This document shows, in pieces, positions 1-10,328 of a stretch of 64,000 nucleotides of DNA. Source of the stretch: an uncultured Eubacteriales bacterium (lineage in GTDB: Bacteria; Bacillota; Clostridia; Oscillospirales; Oscillospiraceae); NCBI GenBank assembly GCA_900549475.1, contig UROF01000004.1, positions 55,884 through 119,883 on the forward strand, given 5' to 3'. The notes beneath the pieces were generated by a model. That model worked only from the letters and a program-made list of their open reading frames with translations, was not told the origin of the DNA and searched no databases. The translations under genes and the position numbers were made by a program. The stretch's first letter is position 1. Each line of letters opens with the position of its first letter.

Positions 1-525
1 ATCGACGGTGTTATCGCACAGACCAACCGCTTGTCCGGACTGGTACAAGAGCTGCTGGAGCTGACCAATCTCGACGGTGTCACAGAGCGGGAACGTATCC
101 CTCTGCATGAGCTTTTGGAACAAATCGCCGCAGATCTTGCCCCGCTAGCGGAGGATAAACAGGTCAGTATCTCTCTCAGGGGAGGCGAAATATACACCGT
201 TGGGAACAAGTTGCTGCTGAACAGAGTGTTCTTCAATTTGGTGGAAAACGCCATCAAATACAACCGTCCCGGCGGCAGTGTGTACATCACCTTGTCTCCA
301 GGTCCTGTCGTAACCGTGTCAGATACGGGGATCGGCATCCCCAAGGAAGCATTGGAATTGATTTTTGAGCCCTTCTACCGGGTAGACAAATCTCGTTCCC
401 GCCAGATGGGAGGAGCGGGACTGGGACTCGCTACGGCGAGGGCCATTGTGGAGCAGCACGGAGGGACAATTGAGGCAGGCCCAGTGCCGGAAGGCGGAAG
501 CCGCTTTACCGTCCACCTGCCCTGA
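1..525 (+). CDS. sensor histidine kinase, C-terminal HATPase_c fragment (5' end lies outside the window)
   Basis: Frame 1 is open from base 1. N/G1/G2 ATP-lid motifs are present (NLVENAIKYNRPGG, DTGIGIP, GGAGLGLATARAIV). Stop at 525 is followed by a hairpin. Confidence 0.8.
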   Translation: MDGVIAQTNRLSGLVQELLELTNLDGVTERERIPLHELLEQIAADLAPLAEDKQVSISLRGGEIYTVGNKLLLNRVFFNLVENAIKYNRPGGSVYITLSPGPVVTVSDTGIGIPKEALELIFEPFYRVDKSRSRQMGGAGLGLATARAIVEQHGGTIEAGPVPEGGSRFTVHLP

Positions 526-531
526 AGGAAA

Positions 532-577
532 AGAGCCAGATTATTCTGTGAAATAATCTGGCTCTTTCTTTTTTTGC
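532..577 (+). terminator. rho-independent terminator after the histidine kinase
   Basis: AGAGCCAGATTATT-CTGTGA-AATAATCTGGCTCT followed by a T-run (TTTCTTTTTTT). Confidence 0.7.
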
Positions 578-645
578 TTAACAGGGATTTTATATCCGTT
601 TTGATAGAGTAGGGCTATCCCGAAAGAGCGATAAGGAGACAACAA

Positions 646-2589
646 ATGTTTGAGATTCAGCATGTATCTAAGCAGTTTCACGGTGAGTACGCACTGCGCG
701 ATGTGTCGCTCCGTATAGGCAGCGGACTGAATTTTTTGGTCGGCGCATCAGGCAGCGGTAAGACCACTTTGCTCAAAATCCTGACCGGCATGGATCAGGA
801 GTACGACGGAGGCGCATTTTACCGGGGACAGGATTTAAAAAAGCTGACAGAGGAAGAAAAAAGCCGCTGCTATAACGAACTGTTTGGCTTTATCTGGCAG
901 GATTTTAATCTTCTGGAGGATCATACCGTTTTGGAAAATGTGATGCTGCCTCAGCATCTGAAAAGGCAGCCGGATAAGCAGGCAGCTTTAAAAGTCCTGC
1001 GGGAACTCCACATTGCAGAGCTGGCCAATCAGAAAGCCGGTAAATTATCCGGCGGCCAAAAGCAGCGGGTAGCCATTGCGCGGGAACTGGTCAAAAATCC
1101 CCAAGTCATCTTGGCCGATGAGCCCACCAGCGCTCTGGATGAAAGGTCCGCCAAAGCCATTATGGACCTTCTGCGAGTGATCGCAAAAAAGAGGACGGTC
1201 ATTGTCGTCACCCACGACACATCGCTCATCCATACGGGTGACAAGGTGTATGAACTGGATAAAGGGGAACTGATCTCCGCTCCCCAGGCGCCGGCCCCTG
1301 TTTCCGGCGGCATGGAGACACTGAAGTCCCGCCGGATCTCCCCCATAAGTTCCTTGTCCCTGGCCTGGAGCAGTTTGAAAAGCAATGCAGGACGTACGGT
1401 ATCATCCGTCCTGGCACTGATCGTCTCTGCTACGCTGCTTCTGGTGACAGTAAGCGGCGCCATTACCGGCAGCGGACAAGAAGCGTTTCAAAAATTGTTT
1501 GACACCTACGGGGAAAGTATTTTAGATGTCAGCGTGGTCGGAAGTTTTACCAGCGCAGGCGGGACCGACGGTCAAAGCAGCGACGAGCCTTCTGCTGATG
1601 TGGACCAGGACATCAATGGCCTCTATGACCGGTATCTGAACGACAGCCGCGTTTCCCACATCGTATTCACACAGGCCTATCAGGACATTGCACTCACCGT
1701 GGATGGTCAGACCTATACGGTAGAGAGCAGCGGCTCCGTTCCCCATGCGGACAAGTTGACAGCCGGTGTTATGCCCATGGGGGAAGGGTATGAAATCGTG
1801 ATCCCCAAAAGCTTTGCCGATCAGCTGGGTCTTTCTCCCGAAGATACACTGGGAAAAACAGTAGACTTTTCAGGCAGCATCTATAACTGGGACAGTGGAC
1901 AGCCGGTGGCCATGCCGGTATCTGTTCAAGCAAAAATTGTAGGAGTGATGGATACCACGGTCCGATACGACTATGGCGATCAGGTCCTGTCCTATACCGT
2001 GGATGACGCTTTCTTTTTCAGTAAAAGCGCCCTGGATGAAATGCGCAGCCAAGCGGAAATCACCAGCGGAGAAAGCAATTTCGTGATCCGGGCCAAGACA
2101 CCTGCGGATATGATCGCCATCAAAGATGAACTCAATGCGGAAGGCATTGTCCCTCTGGGCCGGTTTGAACTGGTGGAGGATATGGTTCGTCTGAATCAGC
2201 AAACCACCCAGCAGTCCGGCTCCGCCGTCATGGTCATCAGTGTTCTGGCTGTCGTGGTGGACCTGGCAGTGGCCCTGGTAACCGCTCTGAGCCGCCGCAG
2301 AGAATTTGCCATCTTCCAGATCAGCGGATACGGAAAGTCTCATCTTATGAGCATAGCGTCCGCAGAATATTTGATGCTGGGCATCGGTTCCGCTGTCATT
2401 TTTCTTGGTATCTCACCGCTGCTGAATCTGGGCACCACTGCTTTTTGGAACGTCAATATCATGAATGGAAAGATGCTTGGTATCGGCGCCGCCCTCACCT
2501 TTTTGGCAGCACTGTTCGGTTGGGTGCTCACAGCGGCGGTTACCGCAAATAACAAGGCTTCGGCTGTTTTGAAAACAGGAGAACATTAA
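646..2589 (+). CDS. ABC transporter, fused ATP-binding/FtsX-type permease (MacB-like)
   Basis: Walker A GASGSGKTT, signature LSGGQKQRVAIAREL, Walker B ILADEPTSALD. A central TM plus extracytoplasmic domain precede C-terminal FtsX-like TM helices. Confidence 0.8.
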   Translation: MFEIQHVSKQFHGEYALRDVSLRIGSGLNFLVGASGSGKTTLLKILTGMDQEYDGGAFYRGQDLKKLTEEEKSRCYNELFGFIWQDFNLLEDHTVLENVMLPQHLKRQPDKQAALKVLRELHIAELANQKAGKLSGGQKQRVAIARELVKNPQVILADEPTSALDERSAKAIMDLLRVIAKKRTVIVVTHDTSLIHTGDKVYELDKGELISAPQAPAPVSGGMETLKSRRISPISSLSLAWSSLKSNAGRTVSSVLALIVSATLLLVTVSGAITGSGQEAFQKLFDTYGESILDVSVVGSFTSAGGTDGQSSDEPSADVDQDINGLYDRYLNDSRVSHIVFTQAYQDIALTVDGQTYTVESSGSVPHADKLTAGVMPMGEGYEIVIPKSFADQLGLSPEDTLGKTVDFSGSIYNWDSGQPVAMPVSVQAKIVGVMDTTVRYDYGDQVLSYTVDDAFFFSKSALDEMRSQAEITSGESNFVIRAKTPADMIAIKDELNAEGIVPLGRFELVEDMVRLNQQTTQQSGSAVMVISVLAVVVDLAVALVTALSRRREFAIFQISGYGKSHLMSIASAEYLMLGIGSAVIFLGISPLLNLGTTAFWNVNIMNGKMLGIGAALTFLAALFGWVLTAAVTANNKASAVLKTGEH

Positions 2590-2591
2590 GC

Positions 2592-4382
2592 ATGATTGAA
2601 CTTCGTGATGTAACAAAACGATATGGCAATACCGTGATCCTGGAGAAAGCCAATTACACCTTTCCGGCGCGCGGTGTGGTGTGCCTGATGGGTCCATCCG
2701 GCGGCGGCAAAACCACCTTCCTCAATCTGCTGGCAGGATTTGACACCGATTATTCCGGTGGAATTACAGTAGGCGGCGTCCCACTGCACCAAATGGACGC
2801 TACTGCCTTATGCCGCTATCGCCGGGATAATGTTGGGTTTGTATTTCAAAATTACCACCTGCTCTCCGGATATACCGTGCTGGAAAATATCTGTCTGGCC
2901 GCCCCTGGTGATATGGCTCTGCCTGCAAAGAAACAAAAGGCAGTTTCCCTTTTAGAGCGGCTGGGACTGGCTTCCAAACAGGATCAGAAAGTTGAGACTC
3001 TGTCCGGAGGACAGAAACAGCGGGTAGCCATCGCACGGGCGCTAATGGGCGATCCTCAAATCATTCTGGCAGATGAACCTACCGGAGCGCTGGATCGGAC
3101 CACATCTACTGAGATCATGGAACTTCTGCGGGAATTGTCTGCGGACAGGCTGGTAGTGGTCATTACCCACGACGCAAAAATCTGCACTTTTGCAGATGAG
3201 ATCATCCATATTCAGGACCAGAGGATCGTATCGGAAGGTCCGACCCCCCAACGTACGGACCAAGGAACCCTTCGCATCGGCACAGCGAAGGAAGGTTCTC
3301 TTTCCCATCAGGCCAGGCGCAACCTTCGGGTGCACTTCGGGCAATATTTCGTGGCAGCACTTGCTGTTTCCATAGGATTGTTGTCGTTCTTATTTTCCTT
3401 GTCCTTCGACCATGTGATGGAGCGCTCTATCACACAATTCAAGGAAAAAAATACTGCCTTCAACAACGGATATATCAAGGGTTCTGACGACGGCGTCCTT
3501 CTGGAGTATTTACGCAGCGACGAACGGATCGTATCTTCCTATCGCCAGTACAAGCTGGAAGATATTACGCTGACGATCGAAGGCAAAGCGGAACACATGC
3601 AGGAGAAATATCCCATGCCCAAAGCCACCGAGAGTCTTTCCTATGGCGTAATGCCGCGCGACAGTCAAAACGAGATCACGCTAAGTCCCAGCCTTGCCAA
3701 GAAGTTTGATCCCCATATTCAAAATCTGCTGGGCAAAACTGCCACGCTGGAAGTAGGCGGGGTTTCCTGCACACTGACTGTCAGCGGAATCTGCAACGCC
3801 GGGTATGATGACTTTTTTGTGAGTTCCGACGTAGAGCAGCAGCTCTATCAAAACATACCCGAGGGAGAACCCAGCTATTCCCTCAGCTATGATGTCGGTG
3901 AATTCAGTGACGTTGTCGCTGTGAGCAATAGCCTGAAGCTGCGGGGAGTCGACGCGGAAACCGCAGCGGAAGAAGTAGCTGCTTTGCAAAGTACTTTTCA
4001 GCGTCTGAATCAACTGTTTTTTATCATTTCTGTTTTGGTACTAGCCATCGCCCTGTTTCTGGCAGCGGTACTTCTATTCAAGCTGCAGTCCTCCCGTTAC
4101 CGGGAGGTCGGTCTGCTGTCCGCACTGGGCTATGGCCGCAGGCAGATCAGCAACATGCTCCGTATGGAAAATCTTTTGCTGGCAGCACTGGCCGCTGTAC
4201 TTGACGCTGTCCTAGTACTTGTCAGCTTACTGGCAGCATCTGTTCTGGATTTTTCCCTCCTCTTCTCTCCAGGGTCTACCGTCATATCTCTGGCAGCAGC
4301 CTTTGCAGTCGTACTTTTCCTCAGCAGCTGCGCTAGTTATCGTTTGGTCCGCGCAGAACCTGCCGCCGCCCTAAGAAAATAG
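2592..4382 (+). CDS. ABC transporter, fused ATP-binding/FtsX-type permease (MacB-like), second tandem paralog
   Basis: Walker A GPSGGGKTT, LSGGQKQRVAIARAL, ILADEPTGALD. C-terminal TM helices. Starts 2 bp after the previous stop, so probably co-transcribed. Confidence 0.8.
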   Translation: MIELRDVTKRYGNTVILEKANYTFPARGVVCLMGPSGGGKTTFLNLLAGFDTDYSGGITVGGVPLHQMDATALCRYRRDNVGFVFQNYHLLSGYTVLENICLAAPGDMALPAKKQKAVSLLERLGLASKQDQKVETLSGGQKQRVAIARALMGDPQIILADEPTGALDRTTSTEIMELLRELSADRLVVVITHDAKICTFADEIIHIQDQRIVSEGPTPQRTDQGTLRIGTAKEGSLSHQARRNLRVHFGQYFVAALAVSIGLLSFLFSLSFDHVMERSITQFKEKNTAFNNGYIKGSDDGVLLEYLRSDERIVSSYRQYKLEDITLTIEGKAEHMQEKYPMPKATESLSYGVMPRDSQNEITLSPSLAKKFDPHIQNLLGKTATLEVGGVSCTLTVSGICNAGYDDFFVSSDVEQQLYQNIPEGEPSYSLSYDVGEFSDVVAVSNSLKLRGVDAETAAEEVAALQSTFQRLNQLFFIISVLVLAIALFLAAVLLFKLQSSRYREVGLLSALGYGRRQISNMLRMENLLLAALAAVLDAVLVLVSLLAASVLDFSLLFSPGSTVISLAAAFAVVLFLSSCASYRLVRAEPAAALRK

Positions 4383-4661
4383 TGTCGTGACGGTCTGGCA
4401 CGCCACGTTCCTGTCCCCTGCTGCCGGAGCGATTTTCTTCTGCACATTACCCACTGTGCAGCGGCAAAAACCACAGACCCCCGCAAAAGGAACAGCGGGC
4501 AGTGAAGAAATCTCCCTTCACTGCCCGCTATTTATTTTTCGCCGGTGTCTGGACCGGTCAGCGTCACCAAAAATGCCTGAGCGCTATGTCTGACCATCCA
4601 TAATGAGTATTCGACATTTCTCATTCTTTGGTTTAAGATGAGGATATCTCACAGGATATCT

Positions 4662-5558
4662 TCATCTTCGCTCCTCACACGAGGGAATCAGCTGCTCCTG
4701 CAGCCGCTCCAGGAATAGCTCCGCCGCCTTAGAGAAAATCTGCGACTTTTTCCACACCAGGTACATCCCCAGTTCCAGCCTCGGCTGCAGGGGCCGGAAA
4801 CAGAGGTCACTGCCGGTGGTATTCACCAGTTTGTCCAGGGTAAAGGCGTAGCCCATCCCCTCATCCACCATCAGCGAGGCATTATAAATGAGATTATAGG
4901 TGGCCACGGTGTGCAGCTCTGCGGACTCCTTTCGGAGCCACCGATACAGACCGCTTTTGTTGTCCACCTGTCGTGAGAGGATCAGCGGCTTGTCCCACAG
5001 ATCCCGTGGTGAGACAGCGTCCTGCCCCGCCAGAGGACTGTCCCGCCGCATCAGGACTCCCCAGGTATCTTTCATAGGCAGTTCCAAGTAGTGGTACTTT
5101 GCTTTATCCATATCTCCCAGCAGTACACCGAAGTCTAAAAGGCCTTTGTCCAGGCGCTCGCACACATCCACCGCATCGCCGCTGACAATGTGAAAGTGGA
5201 TGCCCGGATAACTCTGCTGGAGCTGATGGGCCGTCCTGGCGATCTGACGCACACCGTCAGTCTCGCCGGTCCCGATATAGATATCTCCGCTGACCGTATC
5301 GGCAGATTGCATGATCTCCTTTTCTGTCCGGTCTGCCAGCTCCAGGATCTCCTCCGCCCGCTTCCGCAGCAGCATTCCCTCCTCGGTGAGGGTGATCTTC
5401 CGGTTGCCCCGGATCATCAGCTGCTTGCCCAGCGCCTCCTCCAGCTCCCTGAGCTGCCGGGAGAGGGTAGGCTGGGTAAGATGCAGGGACTGGGCAGCCG
5501 CCGAGATATTTTGCTCCCGTGCCACTGCCAGAAAATATTGCAGCACTCTCAATTCCAT
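4662..5558 (-). CDS. LysR family transcriptional regulator
   Basis: N-terminal HTH (LRVLQYFLAVAREQNISAAAQSLHLTQPTLSRQLRELE) and a LysR substrate-binding domain. Divergent from the downstream enzyme cluster. Confidence 0.85.
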   Translation of the reverse strand: MELRVLQYFLAVAREQNISAAAQSLHLTQPTLSRQLRELEEALGKQLMIRGNRKITLTEEGMLLRKRAEEILELADRTEKEIMQSADTVSGDIYIGTGETDGVRQIARTAHQLQQSYPGIHFHIVSGDAVDVCERLDKGLLDFGVLLGDMDKAKYHYLELPMKDTWGVLMRRDSPLAGQDAVSPRDLWDKPLILSRQVDNKSGLYRWLRKESAELHTVATYNLIYNASLMVDEGMGYAFTLDKLVNTTGSDLCFRPLQPRLELGMYLVWKKSQIFSKAAELFLERLQEQLIPSCEERR

Positions 5559-5701
5559 AGGATCTCACCTCCGGATGATCTGATGATAGCACAAACCAAA
5601 TATAGTTTTCAAGCATAGGAAAGTATTCTATATAGGTATTTGTTATCCTTCTTACTGAGTGCTACAATAGAAGTGGAAACTATATGTATCAGGAGTAGAC
5701 A

Positions 5702-6283
5702 ATGGATTTAGAAACATTTTTGGAGCATCTCAACAGCGGAAAGCCGGTGCGCGGAGGCAGCGAAGCTCATTTGTTCATGCACGGTGTCAGCCAGGAAGCC
5801 CTGCATCTCACAGCAGAAATCAACGGCAGCTACCACCCACCGGAGGAGCTGCGCGCCCTTTTCTCCCAACTGATCGGCAGGCCGGTGGATGAGTCCTTCG
5901 GGCTGTTCCCGCCATTTTACACCGACTGCGGAAAGAATATCCACATCGGTAAGAATGTCTTTATCAACATGGGCTGCAAGTTCCAGGACCAGGGCGGCAT
6001 TTTTATCGGGGACGGCGCCCTGATCGGCCACAACGTGGTACTGGCCACCCTTAACCACGCCAAGTCCCCTCAGGATCGCAGCAGTATGCTCCCCGCCCCC
6101 ATCCACATCGGCAAAAATGTCTGGATCGGCGCCAACGCTACTGTTCTGCCCGGCGTGACCATCGGCGACGGCGCTATTGTGGCAGCCGGGGCGGTCGTAA
6201 CCAGGGACATCCCGGAAAACACCATTGTGGGCGGCGTGCCTGCAAAAGTTATACGAACCATCAGTGAGGAGGATATATTATGA
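5702..6283 (+). CDS. sugar O-acetyltransferase, hexapeptide-repeat (Maa/LacA family)
   Basis: Left-handed beta-helix hexapeptide repeats ([54 protein letters not shown]). Confidence 0.8.
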   Translation: MDLETFLEHLNSGKPVRGGSEAHLFMHGVSQEALHLTAEINGSYHPPEELRALFSQLIGRPVDESFGLFPPFYTDCGKNIHIGKNVFINMGCKFQDQGGIFIGDGALIGHNVVLATLNHAKSPQDRSSMLPAPIHIGKNVWIGANATVLPGVTIGDGAIVAAGAVVTRDIPENTIVGGVPAKVIRTISEEDIL

Positions 6284-6816
6284 GTAAAAATGTACTGGTT
6301 ATCTCCACCAGCCTGCGCCCCAACAGCAATTCCCATATGCTGGCACAGCACTTCGCCCAGGGGGCCAGAGACGCTGGACACCAGGTTGAATGCATCTCCC
6401 TGCGGGGAAAGGACCTGCGCTTTTGCAACGGCTGCATGGCCTGCCTCAAGGCCCCCCGCTGTGTGATCCAGGACGATGCCAACGATATTGTGGAGAAAAT
6501 GGGAACAGCAGACGTGATCTGTTTCGCCACTCCCGTCTATTACTACGAAATGTCCGGACAGATGAAAGTCTTGTTGGATCGAGCCAATCCGCTCTACTCC
6601 GCCGACTACCGGTTCCGGGACATCTATCTGCTCACTGCCTCCGCCGAGAGTGAGGACAGCGCGTCAGACGGCCCGGTGAACGGCCTCGGTGGATGGATCG
6701 CCTGTTTTGAAAAAGCCCGTTTGGCCGGTGTGGTCCGAGGCGGCGGTGCCAACGCTCCCGGTGAGATGCAGTCTGAAAAGCTCACAGAGGCCTATGAGAT
6801 GGGCCGCAACATCTAA
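6280..6816 (+). CDS. NAD(P)H-dependent FMN reductase / flavodoxin-like fold protein
   Basis: [19 protein letters not shown]...CNGCMAC is typical of the NADPH-dependent FMN reductase family. Overlaps the upstream gene by 4 bp. Confidence 0.7.
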   Translation: MSKNVLVISTSLRPNSNSHMLAQHFAQGARDAGHQVECISLRGKDLRFCNGCMACLKAPRCVIQDDANDIVEKMGTADVICFATPVYYYEMSGQMKVLLDRANPLYSADYRFRDIYLLTASAESEDSASDGPVNGLGGWIACFEKARLAGVVRGGGANAPGEMQSEKLTEAYEMGRNI

Positions 6817-6830
6817 GGAGGGCAAAACAT

Positions 6831-7805
6831 ATGAATTCCAAATATAACGGATACTCCTTCCCCCTGCGGGACACCGTCAAGCGGGAAGCCGTACGCTTTC
6901 ACAACCGCTATGGCATTGAGCTGGCGGGAGATCTGTACCTGCCCAGAGAGGTGGAGGGGAAACTTGCCGCTGTGGCGGTAGCCGGTCCCTTCGGAGCCGT
7001 GAAGGAGCAGTGCGCCGGGCTTTATGCCGAGGAACTGGCCAGCCGGGGCTTTGCCGCCCTGGCCTTTGATCCCTCTTTTATCGGGGAGAGCGGCGGCGAA
7101 GTGCGGAATGTGGCTTCCCCCGATATCAACACCGAGGACTTTTCCGCCGCGGTGGACTTCCTCTCCACCCGGGACTTTATTGATCCCGAGAAAGTGGGCA
7201 TCCTGGGCATCTGCGGTTGGGGCGGCATGGCTCTCAACGCCGCCGCTATGGACACCCGCATCAAAGCCACTGTCACCGCCACCATGTACGACATGACCCG
7301 GGTGAACGCCAAGGGCTACTTTGACGCCGCTGACAGCGCCGACGCCCGGTATGAGACCAAAAAAGCCCTTAACGCCCAGCGGACGAAGGACTACCAAAGC
7401 GGCACCTACGCCCGGGCAGGCGGTGTAGTGGACCCGCTGCCGGAGGATGCTCCCTTCTTCGTAAAGGACTACTACGACTATTACAAGACTGAGCGGGGCT
7501 ACACAGAGCGGTCCCTCAACTCCAATGACGGCTGGAACACCACCTCTTCCCTGTCCTTCCTCAATATGCCCATCCTGCGCTACAGCAATGAGATCCGCAG
7601 TGCTGTGCTGGTGATCCACGGGGAGAAGGCTCACTCCTGCTATTTCAGCCGCGATGCCTTTGCCGATATGGTGAAGGACAACCCTTACGCTGGCAACAAG
7701 GAGCTGCTTATTATTCCCGGTGCGGTCCACACCGATCTCTATGACCGGAAGGACATAATTCCCTTTGACAAGATCCAGCAGTTCTTCCAGTCCCATTTGA
7801 AGTAA
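6831..7805 (+). CDS. alpha/beta hydrolase family protein
   Basis: 324 aa with a nucleophile-elbow-like GICGWGGMA motif. Sits in the same + strand cluster. Confidence 0.6.
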   Translation: MNSKYNGYSFPLRDTVKREAVRFHNRYGIELAGDLYLPREVEGKLAAVAVAGPFGAVKEQCAGLYAEELASRGFAALAFDPSFIGESGGEVRNVASPDINTEDFSAAVDFLSTRDFIDPEKVGILGICGWGGMALNAAAMDTRIKATVTATMYDMTRVNAKGYFDAADSADARYETKKALNAQRTKDYQSGTYARAGGVVDPLPEDAPFFVKDYYDYYKTERGYTERSLNSNDGWNTTSSLSFLNMPILRYSNEIRSAVLVIHGEKAHSCYFSRDAFADMVKDNPYAGNKELLIIPGAVHTDLYDRKDIIPFDKIQQFFQSHLK

Positions 7806-7831
7806 GAAAACTGCGGGGAGGAGGGATATTT

Positions 7832-8341
7832 TTGAAATGGTTTTGCGTACTGCTCGCCATTCTGAGCCTTTCGGCCTGTGGGAGCAGCGAAGCTCTGACA
7901 GACTCCAGCCATTCTTCGTCCAAGCCGGTGATCTCGGAGCAGGAGCCTTCCCACCCCCAGCAGGACAACGGATCTGAGAACAGCCAGGAGGGATCTGCAT
8001 TGAAAATCACTGTGGGAAACTATGAACTGCAGGCCACCTTTGCGGACAACAGCTCTGCCGAGGAATGGAAAGAACTGCTTTCCCAAGGTCCTATTACCGT
8101 GGAAATGGAGGACTACGGCGGCTTTGAGAAGGTGGGACCTCTGGGTACGACCCTGACACGGAATGACCAGCAGATCACCACGGAGCCCGGCGACGTGATC
8201 CTATATCAAGGCAACCAAATCACCATCTACTATGGCACCAACTCCTGGAGCTTTACCCGGCTGGCCAAGATCGATGATCCCACCGACTTGCAGGCAAAGC
8301 TTGGCGATGGTACGGTACAGGTAACATTTTCTCTTGCATAG
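7832..8341 (+). CDS. hypothetical lipoprotein
   Basis: Signal peptide with lipobox (LSLSAC). 169 aa, no recognisable catalytic motifs. Confidence 0.5.
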   Translation: MKWFCVLLAILSLSACGSSEALTDSSHSSSKPVISEQEPSHPQQDNGSENSQEGSALKITVGNYELQATFADNSSAEEWKELLSQGPITVEMEDYGGFEKVGPLGTTLTRNDQQITTEPGDVILYQGNQITIYYGTNSWSFTRLAKIDDPTDLQAKLGDGTVQVTFSLA

Positions 8342-8353
8342 GAGGTATTCGAT

Positions 8354-9106
8354 ATGGCAGTAAAACAGACAGCGGGCAGAGATGCTCTGGGGGAGTTTGC
8401 CCCCAAATTTGCCCAGCTCAATGACGATGTATTGTTCGGCGAGGTATGGAGCCGGGAGGACAAACTCTCTCTGCGTGACCGTTCCCTGGTGACAGTGGTG
8501 GCTCTGATGGCCCAGGGTCTGGTAGACAGCTCCTTCCAGTACCATCTTTCCACCGCCCGGCAAAACGGCATCACACGGCAGGAGATCGCTGAGATCCTGA
8601 CCCACGCGGCCTTTTACGCCGGCTGGCCCAAGGCGTGGGCAGCTTTCCGCATGGCCAAGGAGGTATGGGCCGAGGACACCGCCCAGGACGGCAAAGCGCA
8701 GCATCAGCAGGAAATGGTTTTTCCCATCGGCGCTCCCAACGACGCTTTTGCCCAGTATTTTGTGGGGCAGAGCTATCTGCAGCCCCTTTCCACCAGCCAG
8801 GTAGGGGTATACAATGTGACCTTTGAGCCGGGCTGCCGCAACAACTGGCATATCCACCACGCCGATAAAGGCGGTGGTCAGATCCTGATCTGCGTAGCCG
8901 GACGGGGGTACTATCAGGAGTGGGGCAAGGAGGCTCAGGAGCTGCATCCGGGAGATGTTGTCAACATCCCCACTGGTGTAAAGCATTGGCATGGCGCCGC
9001 TCAGGACAGCTGGTTCTCCCACCTGGCTCTGGAGGTCCCCGGTGAAAATTGCGCCAATGAGTGGCTGGAGGCTGTCTCCGCGGAAACATATGGCAAGCTG
9101 GGTTAA
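8354..9106 (+). CDS. carboxymuconolactone decarboxylase (AhpD-like) family protein fused to a C-terminal cupin domain
   Basis: N-terminal CMD-like segment (LTHAAFYAGWPKAWAA). C-terminal cupin segment (HIHHADKGGGQILICVAGRGYY...HPGDVVNIPTGVKHWHG). Confidence 0.7.
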   Translation: MAVKQTAGRDALGEFAPKFAQLNDDVLFGEVWSREDKLSLRDRSLVTVVALMAQGLVDSSFQYHLSTARQNGITRQEIAEILTHAAFYAGWPKAWAAFRMAKEVWAEDTAQDGKAQHQQEMVFPIGAPNDAFAQYFVGQSYLQPLSTSQVGVYNVTFEPGCRNNWHIHHADKGGGQILICVAGRGYYQEWGKEAQELHPGDVVNIPTGVKHWHGAAQDSWFSHLALEVPGENCANEWLEAVSAETYGKLG

Positions 9107-9162
9107 TTGCAGGGAAGGGCTGCAGCAGTACCGACATCTGTGCCTATAATAACCAATAGCAT

Positions 9163-9210
9163 AAAAAAGCTCCCTGATGCGTTTTGTATACGCATCAGGG
9201 AGCTTTTTTC
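9163..9210. terminator. bidirectional rho-independent terminator between convergent genes
   Basis: AAAAAAGCTCCCTGATGCG-TTTTGTATA-CGCATCAGGGAGCTTTTTTC. Confidence 0.7.
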
Positions 9211-9233
9211 TTTCAAACTGATCTTCTTTTGTC

Positions 9234-10310
9234 TTAGAAGCTTTCGATCAGATCGCTGTCCATCCGCTGCAGGATCTCACAGGCCAGCTTGACGGCATTG
9301 TCAAAGTCAGCATAGGCGGACACACCATAGTGGGTGTGGGCATAGCGGACCGGTACGCCGATAACAATGGTAGGCACCCCTCTGCCAGTGAGGTGGATGG
9401 CGGCGCCATTGGTGGAACCTGCCGCACGCACAGCGTCCTGAACAGGAATGTTCAGCTTCTCCGCCAGATCCAGCGCGTAGCGCTGGTAGCGGGGATTGGT
9501 GATCATACGGGAGTCGATATGGCGCAGCATGGGACCTCTCTTAATAGCAGTCTGCACCATGTAGGGCTCCACGCAGGTATCGTCCGCCGGGCAGCCTTCA
9601 AATACGATGGCAATGTCAGGCTGGATCACCTGAGCCGTTACTGTGGCACCACGAACGCCCACTTCCTCCTGGGAGGCACAGGCACCCACGATATCCACTG
9701 CCAGTTCCTTTCCGGCCAGCTCATGCATGGTCTTGAGGATCGCCGCACAGCCCAGCCGGCAGTCGAAGCTCTTACCCACCATGAGGTCGGTGTCCTCAGC
9801 ATAAGTGAACGTAACGTCAGGGGCCACCGGCTCGCCAATCCGGATACCGTAGACCTCAATGGCTTCCTCACGGGACACAGCACCCACATCCACGGTGATA
9901 TCCTTGATATCCAGCGGAGCCTTGCGCTCCTGCTCCGTCATGAAGTGAGGGGGCTTGCTTGCCGTCAGGCCGGGGATATACTTGCCGTACCGGTTACGGA
10001 CCCAGACCTTATGAGCGGGGATATTGTGGCTGACCCAACCGCCGATGGGGATGATCCGCAGGGTACCATTGGGGCAAATGGCCTGGACCATAAAGCCCAC
10101 CTCGTCGCTGTGGGCGTCCAGCTGCACTACAGGCCGGCTGCCGGTATTCTCGTTACGGCGGATAAAGACGTTGCGCATCCGATCCACCTTTGTCTCGCCT
10201 ACTTTTTCCGCATAGGGCACGATCGCCGCCACTACATCATCTTCAAAGCCGGATACACCGTTGGCATTGGAGATCTCAGCGATCATCTGCAGTGTGGTTT
10301 TCTTATCCAT
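9234..10310 (-). CDS. M42 family glutamyl aminopeptidase (FrvX/endoglucanase-like)
   Basis: 358 aa with the M42 layout and conserved metal-ligand segments (QLDAHSDEVGF, VFEGCPADD). Confidence 0.8.
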   Translation of the reverse strand: MDKKTTLQMIAEISNANGVSGFEDDVVAAIVPYAEKVGETKVDRMRNVFIRRNENTGSRPVVQLDAHSDEVGFMVQAICPNGTLRIIPIGGWVSHNIPAHKVWVRNRYGKYIPGLTASKPPHFMTEQERKAPLDIKDITVDVGAVSREEAIEVYGIRIGEPVAPDVTFTYAEDTDLMVGKSFDCRLGCAAILKTMHELAGKELAVDIVGACASQEEVGVRGATVTAQVIQPDIAIVFEGCPADDTCVEPYMVQTAIKRGPMLRHIDSRMITNPRYQRYALDLAEKLNIPVQDAVRAAGSTNGAAIHLTGRGVPTIVIGVPVRYAHTHYGVSAYADFDNAVKLACEILQRMDSDLIESF

Positions 10311-10328
10311 CAGACAGGCTCTCCTTTC

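Noticed and set aside
4387-4593. 68-aa ORF in the convergent gap between the ABC transporter and the LysR gene
   Set aside because: No RBS. The region is better explained by a terminator hairpin (GGCAGTGAAG...CTTCACTGCC plus T-tract).
6813-8000. 395-aa minus-strand ORF
   Set aside because: Antisense to the alpha/beta hydrolase and lipoprotein genes. Gly/Pro/Val-rich and lacks a start context.
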